A DNA stretch of 59,357 nucleotides from Tagaea sp. Lineage in GTDB: Bacteria; Pseudomonadota; Alphaproteobacteria; CACIAM-22H2. Shown here in pieces: positions 1-12,319 of the stretch. The stretch covers positions 1 through 59,357 of the forward strand of contig JBIKWI010000004.1 of NCBI GenBank assembly GCA_044356395.1. The letters are read 5' to 3'. A program made the position numbers and the translations under genes. The notes under the pieces are model-generated. The model was not told the origin of the DNA. It saw only the letters and a list, made by a program, of their open reading frames with translations, and made no database searches. Within the stretch, counting starts at the first letter, position 1, and each line of letters begins with the position of its first letter.

Positions 1-1163
1 TCGAGCTGGGGCGTACCGTCGCCCTGCGCCGCGTGGCCGACCACTGGGCGCGCGACCTGGCGCCGAATCGCGGCCGGTACAATTTCGATGTGCTGCGCTA
101 CGAGTGGTTCCGCGATCCGACGATCGCCCAGGAAGCCTTCCTGGCCGGCAACTACGACCTGCGCGCGGAAAACACCGCGCGCATCTGGGCGCAGGGTTAC
201 GACACGCCCGCCTTTCGCGACGGGCTGTTCCGCAAGATCGAGATCCCCGAGAAACGGGTCGCCGGCATGCAGGCGCTGGTGATGAACGCGCGGCGCAAGC
301 CCTTCGACGACCGGCGCGTGCGCCAGGCGCTGACCTATGCGTTCGACTTCGAGTGGTCGAACAGGAACCTGTTCTTCGACTCCTACACGCGCACGCGCAG
401 CTATTTCGACAATTCCGAGCTTGCCGCGCGCGGCCTGCCGCAGGGCGAGGAAAAGGAGATCCTCGAGCGCTTTAAGGACAGGCTGCCGCCGGAGGTCTTC
501 ACGACCGAGTACCAGCCGCCGAAGACGGACGGGACGGGCAACATCCGCGACGGCATCCGCGAAGCCACGCGCCTGCTGCGCGAGGCCGGCTGGCGGATCG
601 CCGACCAGAAGCTGGTGGATTCCGGCGGCCGGCAGATGGGCTTCGAGATCCTGATCTTCCAGAACCAGAGCGCCTTCGAGCGCGTGCTGGGCCCGTTCGT
701 GGCGAACCTCAAGCGCCTGGGCATCGACGCGCGCATCCGCAGCATCGACGTCGCGCAGTACCAGAGCCGGACCGACGATTTCGACTACGACATGATCGTC
801 GGCGGCTGGGGCCAGTCGGAGTCGCCCGGCAACGAGCAGCGCGACTTCTGGACGTCGAGCCGCGCCGACCAGAAGGGCTCGCGCAACTCGGTCGGCATCA
901 AGGATCCCGTCATCGACGAGCTCGTCGAGCTGCTGATCGCGGCACCCGACCGCGAGAGCCTCGTCCAGCGCACGCGCGCACTGGACCGCGCGCTGCAGTG
1001 GGGCCACTGGGTGATCCCGAACTGGTACATGGCCGTCGACCGCGTGGCCGCCTGGGACCGGTTCGGCTGGCCGGCGACGGCCAGCAAGAACGGCTACGAC
1101 TGGACGGCCTGGTGGGTCGATCCGGCCAAGGATGCGGCCCTTCGCGCGCGCCGCGGCCGGTAG
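1..1163 (+). CDS. yejA: Extracellular solute-binding protein, YejA-type (family 5), 5'-truncated by window edge
   Basis: Frame is open from position 3. Motifs NRGRYNFD, FDFEWSNRNLF, SPGNEQRDFW and LDRALQWGHWVIP are typical of YejA. Followed by yejBEF-like genes. Confidence 0.85.
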   Translation, partial: ELGRTVALRRVADHWARDLAPNRGRYNFDVLRYEWFRDPTIAQEAFLAGNYDLRAENTARIWAQGYDTPAFRDGLFRKIEIPEKRVAGMQALVMNARRKPFDDRRVRQALTYAFDFEWSNRNLFFDSYTRTRSYFDNSELAARGLPQGEEKEILERFKDRLPPEVFTTEYQPPKTDGTGNIRDGIREATRLLREAGWRIADQKLVDSGGRQMGFEILIFQNQSAFERVLGPFVANLKRLGIDARIRSIDVAQYQSRTDDFDYDMIVGGWGQSESPGNEQRDFWTSSRADQKGSRNSVGIKDPVIDELVELLIAAPDRESLVQRTRALDRALQWGHWVIPNWYMAVDRVAAWDRFGWPATASKNGYDWTAWWVDPAKDAALRARRGR

Positions 1164-1172
1164 CGGACACGC

Positions 1173-2261
1173 ATGATCGGCTATCTCTTCCGCCGCCTGC
1201 TGCTGATCGTGCCCACACTGCTGGGCATCATGGTCGTCAACTTCGCGATCATCCAGGCGGCGCCGGGCGGACCGATCGACGTGGTGCTGGCCGAACTGCG
1301 CGGGGTATCGACCGACCCGACCTTGCGCATCTCCGGCGGCGGCTCGGAAGTGCAGGTGCGCGAGACCCGCGCCGGCGAGCAGGGCTACAGGGGGGCACGC
1401 GGCATCGACCCGGCCCTGATCAAGGAGCTCGAGCGCGAGTTCGGCTTCGACAGGCCGCCGGTCGAGCGGTTCTTCACGATGCTCGGCAAGTACGCGACGT
1501 TCGATTTCGGCCGCTCGTTCTTCAAGGACAAGCCGATCGTCGACCTCGTGCTCGAGAAGATGCCGGTCTCGCTGTCGCTCGGCCTGTGGACGACGCTGAT
1601 CGTCTATCTCGTGTCGATCCCGCTGGGCATCCGCAAGGCCGTGCGCGACGGCACGCGGTTCGACGTGTGGACGTCGGGCGCCATCATCGTGGGCTACGCG
1701 ATCCCGAGCTTCCTGTTCGCGGTCCTGCTGATCGTGCTGTTCGCGGGCGGGCGGTTCTTCGATATCTTCCCGCTGCGCGGGCTCGTCTCGGAAGGGTTCG
1801 CGGACATGCCGTGGTGGCGCCAGGCGCTGGACTACGCATGGCACATGGTGCTGCCGGTGCTCGCGATGACCATCGGCGGTTTTGCCAGTCTCACCATGCT
1901 TACCAAGAACTCGTTCCTCGACGAGATCGGCAAGCAGTACGTGATCACCGCGCGCGCCAAGGGCCTGGCCGAGCGGCGCGTGCTCTACGGACACGTCTTC
2001 CGCAACGCGATGCTGATCGTCATTGCCGGCTTTCCGGCCGCCCTCGTGTCGATCTTCTTCACGGGCTCGCTGCTGATCGAGATCATCTTCTCGCTCGACG
2101 GGCTGGGCCTGCTCGGCTTCGAAGCCGCGATCAACCGCGACTACCCTCTGATGTTCGCCACGCTCTATTTCTTCACGCTGCTCGGCCTCGTCATGAAGAT
2201 CGTGTCGGACGTCGCCTACACGTTCGTCGATCCGCGCATCGATTTCGAGCGGCGCCAATGA
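1173..2261 (+). CDS. yejB: Microcin C/peptide ABC transporter permease YejB
   Basis: Hydrophobic protein with [28 protein letters not shown] (EAA loop) and C-terminal DPRIDF. Confidence 0.9.
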   Translation: MIGYLFRRLLLIVPTLLGIMVVNFAIIQAAPGGPIDVVLAELRGVSTDPTLRISGGGSEVQVRETRAGEQGYRGARGIDPALIKELEREFGFDRPPVERFFTMLGKYATFDFGRSFFKDKPIVDLVLEKMPVSLSLGLWTTLIVYLVSIPLGIRKAVRDGTRFDVWTSGAIIVGYAIPSFLFAVLLIVLFAGGRFFDIFPLRGLVSEGFADMPWWRQALDYAWHMVLPVLAMTIGGFASLTMLTKNSFLDEIGKQYVITARAKGLAERRVLYGHVFRNAMLIVIAGFPAALVSIFFTGSLLIEIIFSLDGLGLLGFEAAINRDYPLMFATLYFFTLLGLVMKIVSDVAYTFVDPRIDFERRQ

Positions 2262-3294
2262 AGCTCGACGAACTCAACCGCCGGCGGCTCGCGAACTTCC
2301 GCGCCAACCGGCGCGGCTGGTGGTCGCTGTGGATCTTCCTGGCGCTGTTCGGCCTATCGCTGGCCGGCGAGCTGATCGCAAACGACCGCCCCGTCCTGGT
2401 GCGCTACGACGGCGCCTTCTATTTCCCGTTCGCGAAGGCCTATCCGGAGACGGCCTTCGGCGGCGAGTTCGAGACGGCGGCCGACTATCGCGACCCGGCG
2501 GTCGCCGAACTGATCGAAGCGAAAGGCTGGATCGTGTGGCCGCCGGTGCGGTTTTCCTATCGCACCGTCAATCTCGACCTTCCGGTCCCCGCGCCGGCAC
2601 CGCCCTCGGCCGACAACTGGCTGGGCACCGACGACCAGGGGCGCGACGTCGTCGCGCGCCTGATCTACGGCTTCCGCATCTCGGTGCTGTTCGGCCTGAC
2701 GCTGACGATCCTTTCCTCGATCGTCGGCGTCGTCGCCGGCGCCATCCAGGGCTATTACGGCGGCTGGGTCGATCTCGTCTTCCAGCGCTTCATCGAGATC
2801 TGGGACGGACTGCCACAGCTCTACATGCTGATCATCCTTGCCGCGTTCGTCGAACCGACTTTCTGGTGGCTGCTCGGCCTGTTGCTGCTTTTCGGCTGGA
2901 TGGGGCTGGTCGGCGTCGTGCGCGCCGAGTTCCTGCGCGCGCGCAACTTCGACTATGTGCGTGCGGCACGCGCCCTGGGCGCTTCGGACGCGCTGATCAT
3001 GTTCCGCCACGTGCTGCCCAACGCGATGGTCGCCACGCTGACTTTCATGCCCTTCATCCTGTCGGGTTCGGTGGTGGCGCTGACGTCGCTCGACTTCCTC
3101 GGCTTCGGCCTGCCGGTCGGGTCGGCCTCGCTCGGCGAACTGCTGGCGCAGGGCAAGTCCAACCTGAGCGCGCCGTGGCTGGGCCTCACCGCCTTCTTCA
3201 CGCTCGCCATCATGCTGTCGCTGCTGGTATTCGTCGGCGAGGCGGTGCGCGACGCCTTCGACCCCCGCAAGACCTTCCGGATCGACCTCGACAA

Positions 3295-3298
<4 letters not shown>
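2258..3298 (+). CDS. yejE: Peptide ABC transporter permease YejE
   Basis: ATG overlaps the yejB stop (ATGA). Motifs [39 protein letters not shown] and [10 protein letters not shown]. Confidence 0.9.
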
Positions 3299-4931
<1,633 letters not shown>

Positions 4932-4935
<4 letters not shown>

Positions 4936-5861
4936 AGCTGCTGTTCATCTCCTCGACCGACCGCGTCGAACCCTGGCGCGCCGCCTTCGCCGAACACGCA
5001 CCCGACATCGAGTTCGTCTCGTTTCCCGACGTGGGCGATCCCGCCTCGATCGAGTTCGCGGCCGTCTGGAAGTATCCGCCGGGGACGCTCCGGAAGTTCC
5101 CCAACCTCAAGCTCGTCTCGTCGCTCGGAGCCGGCATCGACCACCTGCTCGGCGATCCGGAGTTTCCGGCGCATCTCCCGTTCGTGCGGCTCGTCGATCC
5201 GACACTGACGTCCGGCATGGTCGAGTACGCGCTGTGGGCCACGCTGCGCTATCACCGCCAGATGGTCGAGTACGACGCCTTCCAGCGCGCGGGCGAGTGG
5301 CACCCGATGCCGGCGCCGTCGACCGCCGCCCGGCGCGTCGGCATCGCCGGGATCGGCGAGATTGGCGGAGCCATCGCCCGGGCGATCGCAGGTCTGGGCT
5401 TCGACGTCGCCGGCTGGTCACGCGGCGGGCATACAATTCCAGGGGTCGCGTCCTTCGCGGGCGCCGCGGGCTGGCAGCCTTTCCTGGCGCGCACCGACAT
5501 CCTGATATGCGTCCTTCCGCTGACCGACGCGACCCGCGGCATCCTCGACGCCCGCGCCTTTGCCGCGATGCCGAAGGGCGCCTATGTCGTCAACATCGCC
5601 CGGGGCGGCCATGTCGTGGACGGCGACCTGCTATCGGCCCTCGACAGCGGCCATCTGACGCATGCCACGCTCGACGTGACCTCGCCCGAGCCGCTGCCGG
5701 CCGGGCACCCCTATTGGGGCCACCCGCGCGTCACGCTGACCCCGCATATCGCCAGCTTGACCGACCCCCGCACGGCCGTCCCGCAGGTCGTCGACAATAT
5801 TCGCCGTTTCATTGCCGGCCGGCCGCTGGTCAACCGCGTCGACCGGGCCAACGGCTATTGA
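4932..5861 (+). CDS. ghrA: Glyoxylate/hydroxypyruvate reductase A (D-2-hydroxyacid dehydrogenase)
   Basis: GTG overlaps the yejF stop. Motifs SLGAGIDH, GIAGIGEIG, NIARGGHV, LDVTSPEPL and TPHIAS. Confidence 0.8.
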
Positions 5862-5882
5862 ACGGGTCCCGGCGGCGCGGCA

Positions 5883-5911
5883 TTGTACCCGGGCAAAAAG
5901 GGGGCTATATC
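5883..5911 (+). promoter_or_regulatory. Putative sigma70 promoter TTGTAC-N17-TATATC for the 329-aa hypothetical gene
   Basis: -35/-10-like hexamers with 17-nt spacing about 30 nt upstream of the ATG. GGAGA Shine-Dalgarno-like sequence follows. Confidence 0.5.
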
Positions 5912-5942
5912 CTCGTCGTAGCGGAGAAAATCGACAGTCCTG

Positions 5943-6932
5943 ATGTCTGAGGCCAAAGCAAAAGCGGAAGTTCCGAGCGAGCTTCCTCCACCCAAGAAAG
6001 CCGACAAGTCGAAGACGTTTTCCTTCGACCACGCGGTCTTCCAGGTGAAGGGGGCCTATTTCGGATTCGGCAAGGACGGCGATTCGGTCTGCCTGCATGT
6101 GCCGCTGGGCGACATCATGGCCGCCCTGCCGATCGAAGCGGTCAAGGTCCAGTTCCAGATCCCCAAGGACAGCGAAGACGCCAAGCTTCTCGACATCGCC
6201 GAGAAGTCGATGAAGTTCGTCAAGCGCATCCTGCCCGGCGACTGCATCCCGGCCGAGATCCTGGACGGAACGGCCTCGTGGCGCGTCGAACCGCACCATA
6301 TCGCGCGCGCCAACGCGCGCATCTCGATGCAGATCATCAGCTGGATGTCGGGAAAACCGGTCGAGGTTTCGGATACTTCCGAACTCGAAGGCCTTGCCAA
6401 CAATCCCGAGACCAAAAAGAAGATCCAGGAAGCCTTCGAGCTTCTGGCCGAGAAGCTCGGTCTGGGACGCGCCAACAAGAACCAGATCGTCGAGATGATC
6501 GAGCAGCTCGCGCGCGAGACATCCTATATCGAGGCGCTGCGCGAGCGTTTCCAGAAGATCCAGAAGATCTACGGCGGCTTCAACGTGCTGTTCGCGGCCT
6601 ACAAGCGCGAGCGCGGCGTGCAGGACGAGGTCGGCCGCATCCGCATTCTGATGAAGAAGCCGGTCGAGGACATTTCCGGCATCTTCCTGCAGATCGACGC
6701 CAACACGGGCGAAGTCTTCAACGCGCTGAAGCGCCTGCGCGAGACGATCAGCTACATCCGCTCGAAACGCGACGAGCTGCACCAGCGCTTCATGCTGTGG
6801 GACGAGATCCTCGTCGCGTGGGAGGGCGTGCCTCTCGAGCGCGACGGGCGCATGGACAAGCTCGTGCGTATCACCTACCGCTTCATTGCCCGCCACTTCC
6901 CGCAGGATTCGGAGTGGAGCCTGACGCGCTGA
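5943..6932 (+). CDS. Hypothetical protein (329 aa), soluble, helical C-terminal half
   Basis: Long ORF with normal globular composition, strong GC3 bias and its own promoter-like sequence. No recognised motif. Confidence 0.8.
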   Translation: MSEAKAKAEVPSELPPPKKADKSKTFSFDHAVFQVKGAYFGFGKDGDSVCLHVPLGDIMAALPIEAVKVQFQIPKDSEDAKLLDIAEKSMKFVKRILPGDCIPAEILDGTASWRVEPHHIARANARISMQIISWMSGKPVEVSDTSELEGLANNPETKKKIQEAFELLAEKLGLGRANKNQIVEMIEQLARETSYIEALRERFQKIQKIYGGFNVLFAAYKRERGVQDEVGRIRILMKKPVEDISGIFLQIDANTGEVFNALKRLRETISYIRSKRDELHQRFMLWDEILVAWEGVPLERDGRMDKLVRITYRFIARHFPQDSEWSLTR

Positions 6933-6937
6933 GGCGC
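6892..6937 (+). repeat. 46-bp direct repeat, copy 1 (3' end of the 329-aa gene including its stop)
   Basis: gccacttcccgcaggattcggagtggagcctgacgcgctgaggcgc matches 7539-7584 at 43 of 46 positions. Confidence 0.9.
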
Positions 6938-7012
6938 CGACCGGCACGCGACGTCCCGCCTGATCGCAGGCGAACACCAATTCCTTGCATCGATGACGCG
7001 AATGTTCCGGCC

Positions 7013-7037
7013 GGAACAAGGTCGCGCCAGATACGTT
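7013..7037 (+). promoter_or_regulatory. sigma-EcfG (SigT/RpoE2) general-stress promoter GGAAC-N16-CGTT
   Basis: GGAAC at 7013-7017 and CGTT at 7034-7037, exactly the alphaproteobacterial general stress response consensus, about 40 nt upstream of the 7079 ATG. Confidence 0.65.
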
Positions 7038-7078
7038 TTATTCCGGCCGGTTGATGCCCCAAGGGGCGAGGAGACACG

Positions 7079-7513
7079 ATGTCGAAACCATTCGCAGCGA
7101 TGCTCGCGCTTGCACTGCTGGTCGCCGGGGCCGCCTTCGCCGACCAGCCCGGTCGCGGCAAGGGAAATTCCGGCCGGCCGGGAGCCTCCGGCACGTCGGT
7201 CGCCATCACGATCGGCGCGGCGGACCAGGCGCTGATCCGCGAATATTTCGGTACGGCGCTGAAGAGCGGCAAATGCCCGCCCGGTCTCGCGAAAAAGAAC
7301 AACGGCTGCCAGCCGCCCGGGCAGGCGAAGAAATGGGCCAAGGGCCAGCGCCTGCCGGGCGACGTCGTCTTTTTCGACCTGCCGCGCGACCTGCGGACCC
7401 GGCTCGACGTGCCGCTCGGCGCGAAGCTGGTCCGCGTCGGACTGGACGTCCTGCTTATCGCCGCCGGGACCGGCATGGTGCTCGACGCGGTCGAGGATCT
7501 CGCCCGGCTCTAG
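7079..7513 (+). CDS. Small exported protein, RcnB-like, with CPPGLAKKNNGCQPPGQAKK motif
   Basis: Sec signal peptide (…AGAAFA-D), GGAG SD, the characteristic CPPGLAKK motif and an RcnB-like C-terminal segment (VRVGLDVLLIAAGTGMVLD). Confidence 0.75.
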   Translation: MSKPFAAMLALALLVAGAAFADQPGRGKGNSGRPGASGTSVAITIGAADQALIREYFGTALKSGKCPPGLAKKNNGCQPPGQAKKWAKGQRLPGDVVFFDLPRDLRTRLDVPLGAKLVRVGLDVLLIAAGTGMVLDAVEDLARL

Positions 7514-7538
7514 CGCCGGATACGCGTCGTCAGGCCGT

Positions 7539-7584
7539 GCCACTTCCCGCAGGATTCGGAGCGGCGCCTGACGCGCTGAAGCGC
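7539..7584 (+). repeat. 46-bp direct repeat, copy 2 (intergenic)
   Basis: gccacttcccgcaggattcggagcggcgcctgacgcgctgaagcgc, 3 mismatches against 6892-6937. Confidence 0.9.
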
Positions 7585-7586
7585 GG

Positions 7587-7907
7587 TCAGGACCCTTTCA
7601 ACGACTGGATATATGCAACGACCGCCGCTCGCTCATCGGGCCACAGCCGGTAGGTCGGCATCGGCAGATGCAGATCGGCCATGAAATTCGTCAGGTACAT
7701 GTGATCGCGCCCGGGGCGCGCGGCGATTTCCGCGAAACCGGGAGCCCGGCCGGGCGCACCGTGGCAAGAGGCACACCATTCGCCGGCGACAGTGCGCCCG
7801 CGCGCAACATCGGGATCGGCGGACTGCGTTTCGGGTGCGCAAGCTCCCATCACAAGCATCGCCACCAAGACAATAGCACGTGCATGACAATTCGGCCGCA
7901 TTCGCAT
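7587..7907 (-). CDS. Small monoheme cytochrome c, probable lipoprotein
   Basis: CASCH heme motif, distal HLPMP Met ligand, lipobox-like MGAC and GGAGG SD. The start may be the second ATG at 7901. Confidence 0.8.
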   Translation of the reverse strand: MRMRPNCHARAIVLVAMLVMGACAPETQSADPDVARGRTVAGEWCASCHGAPGRAPGFAEIAARPGRDHMYLTNFMADLHLPMPTYRLWPDERAAVVAYIQSLKGS

Positions 7908-7967
7908 TCCTCCGTCTCCGAAGCTAGACTACGGTATCGGACCGTCGTCTGATCAGGGGGCAAAACG

Positions 7968-8290
7968 ATGCGCAAGATTGGATTTTTCGCCCTTTTTGCC
8001 TGTCTTTCGGCACTCACGATCCTGCCTGCATCGGCCCAGACGGCCGGCGATCCCGGCCGCGGCCGCGATCTGGCTCGCCAGTGGTGTGCCACCTGTCACA
8101 TCGTGGCCCAGGGCGACGGTCGCAGCGCCACCGACGCCGTGCCGACATTCATGTCTGTCGCCGCACGGCCCTCGACGACGGCGCCAGGCCTGCGTGCATT
8201 CCTGCAGACTCCGCATCTGCGCATGCCGGACTTTGCACTGACCGCAGATCAGACCGACGACGCGATCGCCTACATCCTGTCGCTGCGTCG

Positions 8291-8294
<4 letters not shown>
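7968..8294 (+). CDS. Small periplasmic monoheme cytochrome c
   Basis: Signal peptide (PASA-Q), CATCH heme motif, PHLRMPDF Met ligand and C-terminal AYILSLR. Confidence 0.85.
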
Positions 8295-9703
<1,409 letters not shown>

Positions 9704-9807
9704 GTCGGCACGGATCCTTTGCGCGGGAGAATGCGGATCGAGCTTGCCCCAATCGGGCAAGACTGGAAAGCTGCGCCTTCTCGCGAGGATCTGCGGAGGT
9801 ACGGCAC

Positions 9808-10476
9808 ATGCCCGATATCGTCATCTATATCGGCAACAAGAACTACTCGTCGTGGTCCTTGCGCGGCTGGCTCGCCTGCAAGCTCACAGGCCTGCCTTTC
9901 CGCGAGGAAGTCCACCCGATGGACACGCCCGACTGGAAGGCGTGGATCGCCGCGCGCAGCCCGTCGGCGAAGGTTCCCTACGTGACGGTCGACGGCGCGC
10001 CGCTGTGGGAGTCGCTGGCCATCGGCGAGCATCTGGCCGAACTGGCACCGGCCGCCTTCTGGCCGGCCGATGCCGCGGCACGCGCGCATGCGCGATCGAT
10101 CGCCGCCGAAATGCACGGGGGCTTCGGCGAGCTGCGCAAGGCGATGTGGATGAACATCCGCCGCCGTTTCCCCGGCAAGGGCCGGACGCCGGGTGCCCTT
10201 GCCGACATCGCGCGCCTCGAAGCGCTGTGGGGCGATGCGCGTCGGCGCCATGGTGCCGGCGGACCGTACCTTTTCGGCGCAAGCTTCGGCTTTGCCGATG
10301 CCATGTATGCGCCGGTCGTGGCGCGCCTGCGGACATGGGAACCGGAGATCGGCCCGGCGTCCAAGGCCTATGTCGAAGCGGTCTGGAACCATCCGTTCAT
10401 GATCGAATGGGTAAAGGCCGCCGAGGCCGAGCCCTGGACGATCGCCAAGTACGAAAACCCGGACCCCGCGGCGTGA
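9808..10476 (+). CDS. Glutathione S-transferase family protein
   Basis: N-terminal IGNKNYSSWSLRGW, SPSAKVP, WESLAIGEHLAE and ADAMYAPVV. GGAGG SD. Confidence 0.9.
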   Translation: MPDIVIYIGNKNYSSWSLRGWLACKLTGLPFREEVHPMDTPDWKAWIAARSPSAKVPYVTVDGAPLWESLAIGEHLAELAPAAFWPADAAARAHARSIAAEMHGGFGELRKAMWMNIRRRFPGKGRTPGALADIARLEALWGDARRRHGAGGPYLFGASFGFADAMYAPVVARLRTWEPEIGPASKAYVEAVWNHPFMIEWVKAAEAEPWTIAKYENPDPAA

Positions 10477-11198
10477 TCTCGCCCCCGCACGCGCCGACGG
10501 CCGGCCGGGAGCGGGCCGCCCTCGAACTCGACCTGCCGGAGGACGGGGTGCGCATTCGCGTCCGCGCGCTGCGCCGCACGACCCGGCTGGCGGTCGGCCT
10601 TGCTTCGCTCGCCGGATTGCTGGCGGCCGGGCTCTGGGTCGCGGTCGGCGCGAATCCGACGCCGATGCTGCTGGCCTCGCTCGTGGTGGGTGCTGCGGGC
10701 GGGCTGGTCTGGTGCGCGACGCGCGGGATGACCGCCTATGTCGCTTTCGACCGTCGCGGCATCCACGACGCGGCAGCCGATCTGCCGGCACTTGCCTGGT
10801 CGGATATCGACCGGCTGGAGATCGTCGCGTCGGCGCGCGACAGCGGGCAGGCACTTCTGGCCCGTCTTGCCGGCCGCCCGGACATGCCGCTGCCGGGAAC
10901 CGCCGAAACGGGCCTGCCCGTGCCGTTCGAGTATCTGGTCGTGCAGCTCTACCGGCGGGGGGCGCCCATCCGGAAGCCCGATCCGGCGTTCGATCCGTTC
11001 GACTGCGATGCGCGCTGGCTGCCGGAAAAGCGGGCGGCGGGCCTGATTTCCGACCGGCTCGGCGCGAAGGCGCGGCCCTATGCCGGACAGCAGCTCGACA
11101 TCGCCGAGACGCGCGGCGACCGGCCGGGCGTCGCCCATTGGCGCATGGTGCTTGGCTCGCTGCGCGAGCGCGCCGGGCGCGTCGCGGCCGAGGACTGA
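10473..11198 (+). CDS. Hypothetical membrane protein (two TM segments then a bacterial PH-like region)
   Basis: GTG overlaps the GST stop. Two hydrophobic stretches followed by a FDRRGI…LAWSDIDRL pattern. Confidence 0.55.
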   Translation: MISPPHAPTAGRERAALELDLPEDGVRIRVRALRRTTRLAVGLASLAGLLAAGLWVAVGANPTPMLLASLVVGAAGGLVWCATRGMTAYVAFDRRGIHDAAADLPALAWSDIDRLEIVASARDSGQALLARLAGRPDMPLPGTAETGLPVPFEYLVVQLYRRGAPIRKPDPAFDPFDCDARWLPEKRAAGLISDRLGAKARPYAGQQLDIAETRGDRPGVAHWRMVLGSLRERAGRVAAED

Positions 11199-11211
11199 AC
11201 CGGCCCCGGCG

Positions 11212-12225
11212 TCAGCGCAGCAGGCCGCTTTCCGTATAGTGGAGTGCCGCACCGGGATGGAGCTGGAAGCCCAACCCGTCGATGGCCGCTTCCGGGCGCA
11301 GGAACCGCCCGATCCCGGCATTGGCGTCGAGCGTGCGCCGGTTGTTCGGATGCCAGAGGGCGCGCGTCAGGCCGTGCACGATCTGCTCGTCGGCCGACTC
11401 GCCCACGATCCAGACGATGCCGATCGACAGCGACAGCACCTCGGGCACGCCGCGATAGCTGCCGGCCGGGATGACCGATTCGGTCAGGAAGGGCTGCGTG
11501 GCGCGCAGGCGCGCGGCATGGGCGTTCAGCGGCAGGATCGCGATCTCGAACTGTTCGGCGAGGTCGGCGATGAACTGCGAGGGCACGCCGGCGGTCAGGA
11601 AGAAGGCGTCGAGCTTGTTCTCCGCCATCGCTTCGACCGCCTGGGCCGCGGTCACGTATTGCGCGCGGACGTCCCGCTCGCCCAGTCCAGCCGCCTGCAG
11701 CACCGCGCGCGCGGCGATCGCCGTGCCCGATTCCCGCTCGCCCAGCGCCACGGCCTTGCCGCGCAGGGTCCGGACGTCGGCGATTCCGGCCGCGCGCCGG
11801 ACCACCAGATGCAGCGTCTCGGGATAGAGATTCGCGATCGCCCGCAGGTTCTTAACCGCGTCGCGCCGCGTCCACGGCCCCGAGCCGTGGAAGGCCCAAT
11901 AGGCGAGGTCCGCCTGGCAGAGGGCCGAATCGATGCGTCCGTTGGCGACCAGATCGATGTTGGCGAGCGAGCCGGCCGTCGTCTGGTTGACCACGATCAG
12001 TCCGGGCACGCCGCAAGGCCCCCCGCGGGCGCAGTCGCGCGAACCGGGCGGCGAACTGACCGCCTGGCCGATCAGCGTGGCGACCTGGAACATGCTCGAT
12101 TCGGTGGGGCCGGAGGCGATCCGGAAGAAATTGGCATCCTGGGCGGATGCCGGACGCACGACCCCCGCCAGTGCCGCAGCACTTCCCATTCCGGCCAGGA
12201 GCTGTCGTCGACCCAGTCGCGCCAT
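11212..12225 (-). CDS. TAXI family TRAP solute-binding protein with Tat signal
   Basis: GRRQLL twin-Arg leader, FFRIASG, TAGSLANI, LRAIANLYPETLHLVVR and LHPGAALHY. Confidence 0.85.
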   Translation of the reverse strand: MARLGRRQLLAGMGSAAALAGVVRPASAQDANFFRIASGPTESSMFQVATLIGQAVSSPPGSRDCARGGPCGVPGLIVVNQTTAGSLANIDLVANGRIDSALCQADLAYWAFHGSGPWTRRDAVKNLRAIANLYPETLHLVVRRAAGIADVRTLRGKAVALGERESGTAIAARAVLQAAGLGERDVRAQYVTAAQAVEAMAENKLDAFFLTAGVPSQFIADLAEQFEIAILPLNAHAARLRATQPFLTESVIPAGSYRGVPEVLSLSIGIVWIVGESADEQIVHGLTRALWHPNNRRTLDANAGIGRFLRPEAAIDGLGFQLHPGAALHYTESGLLR

Positions 12226-12319
12226 TGCGCACGCCTAAAACGGAGGACCCTGCGGTTCTAACGCGGGAACGCGCGAACGTCATCCGCCGAATCGGCATGG
12301 CGGCTGCCCGGCAGGCGCG

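Noticed and set aside
6892-7584. CRISPR array or insertion-sequence ends
   Set aside because: Only two direct copies about 650 bp apart, no spacer periodicity, no cas or transposase gene, and no terminal inverted repeats.
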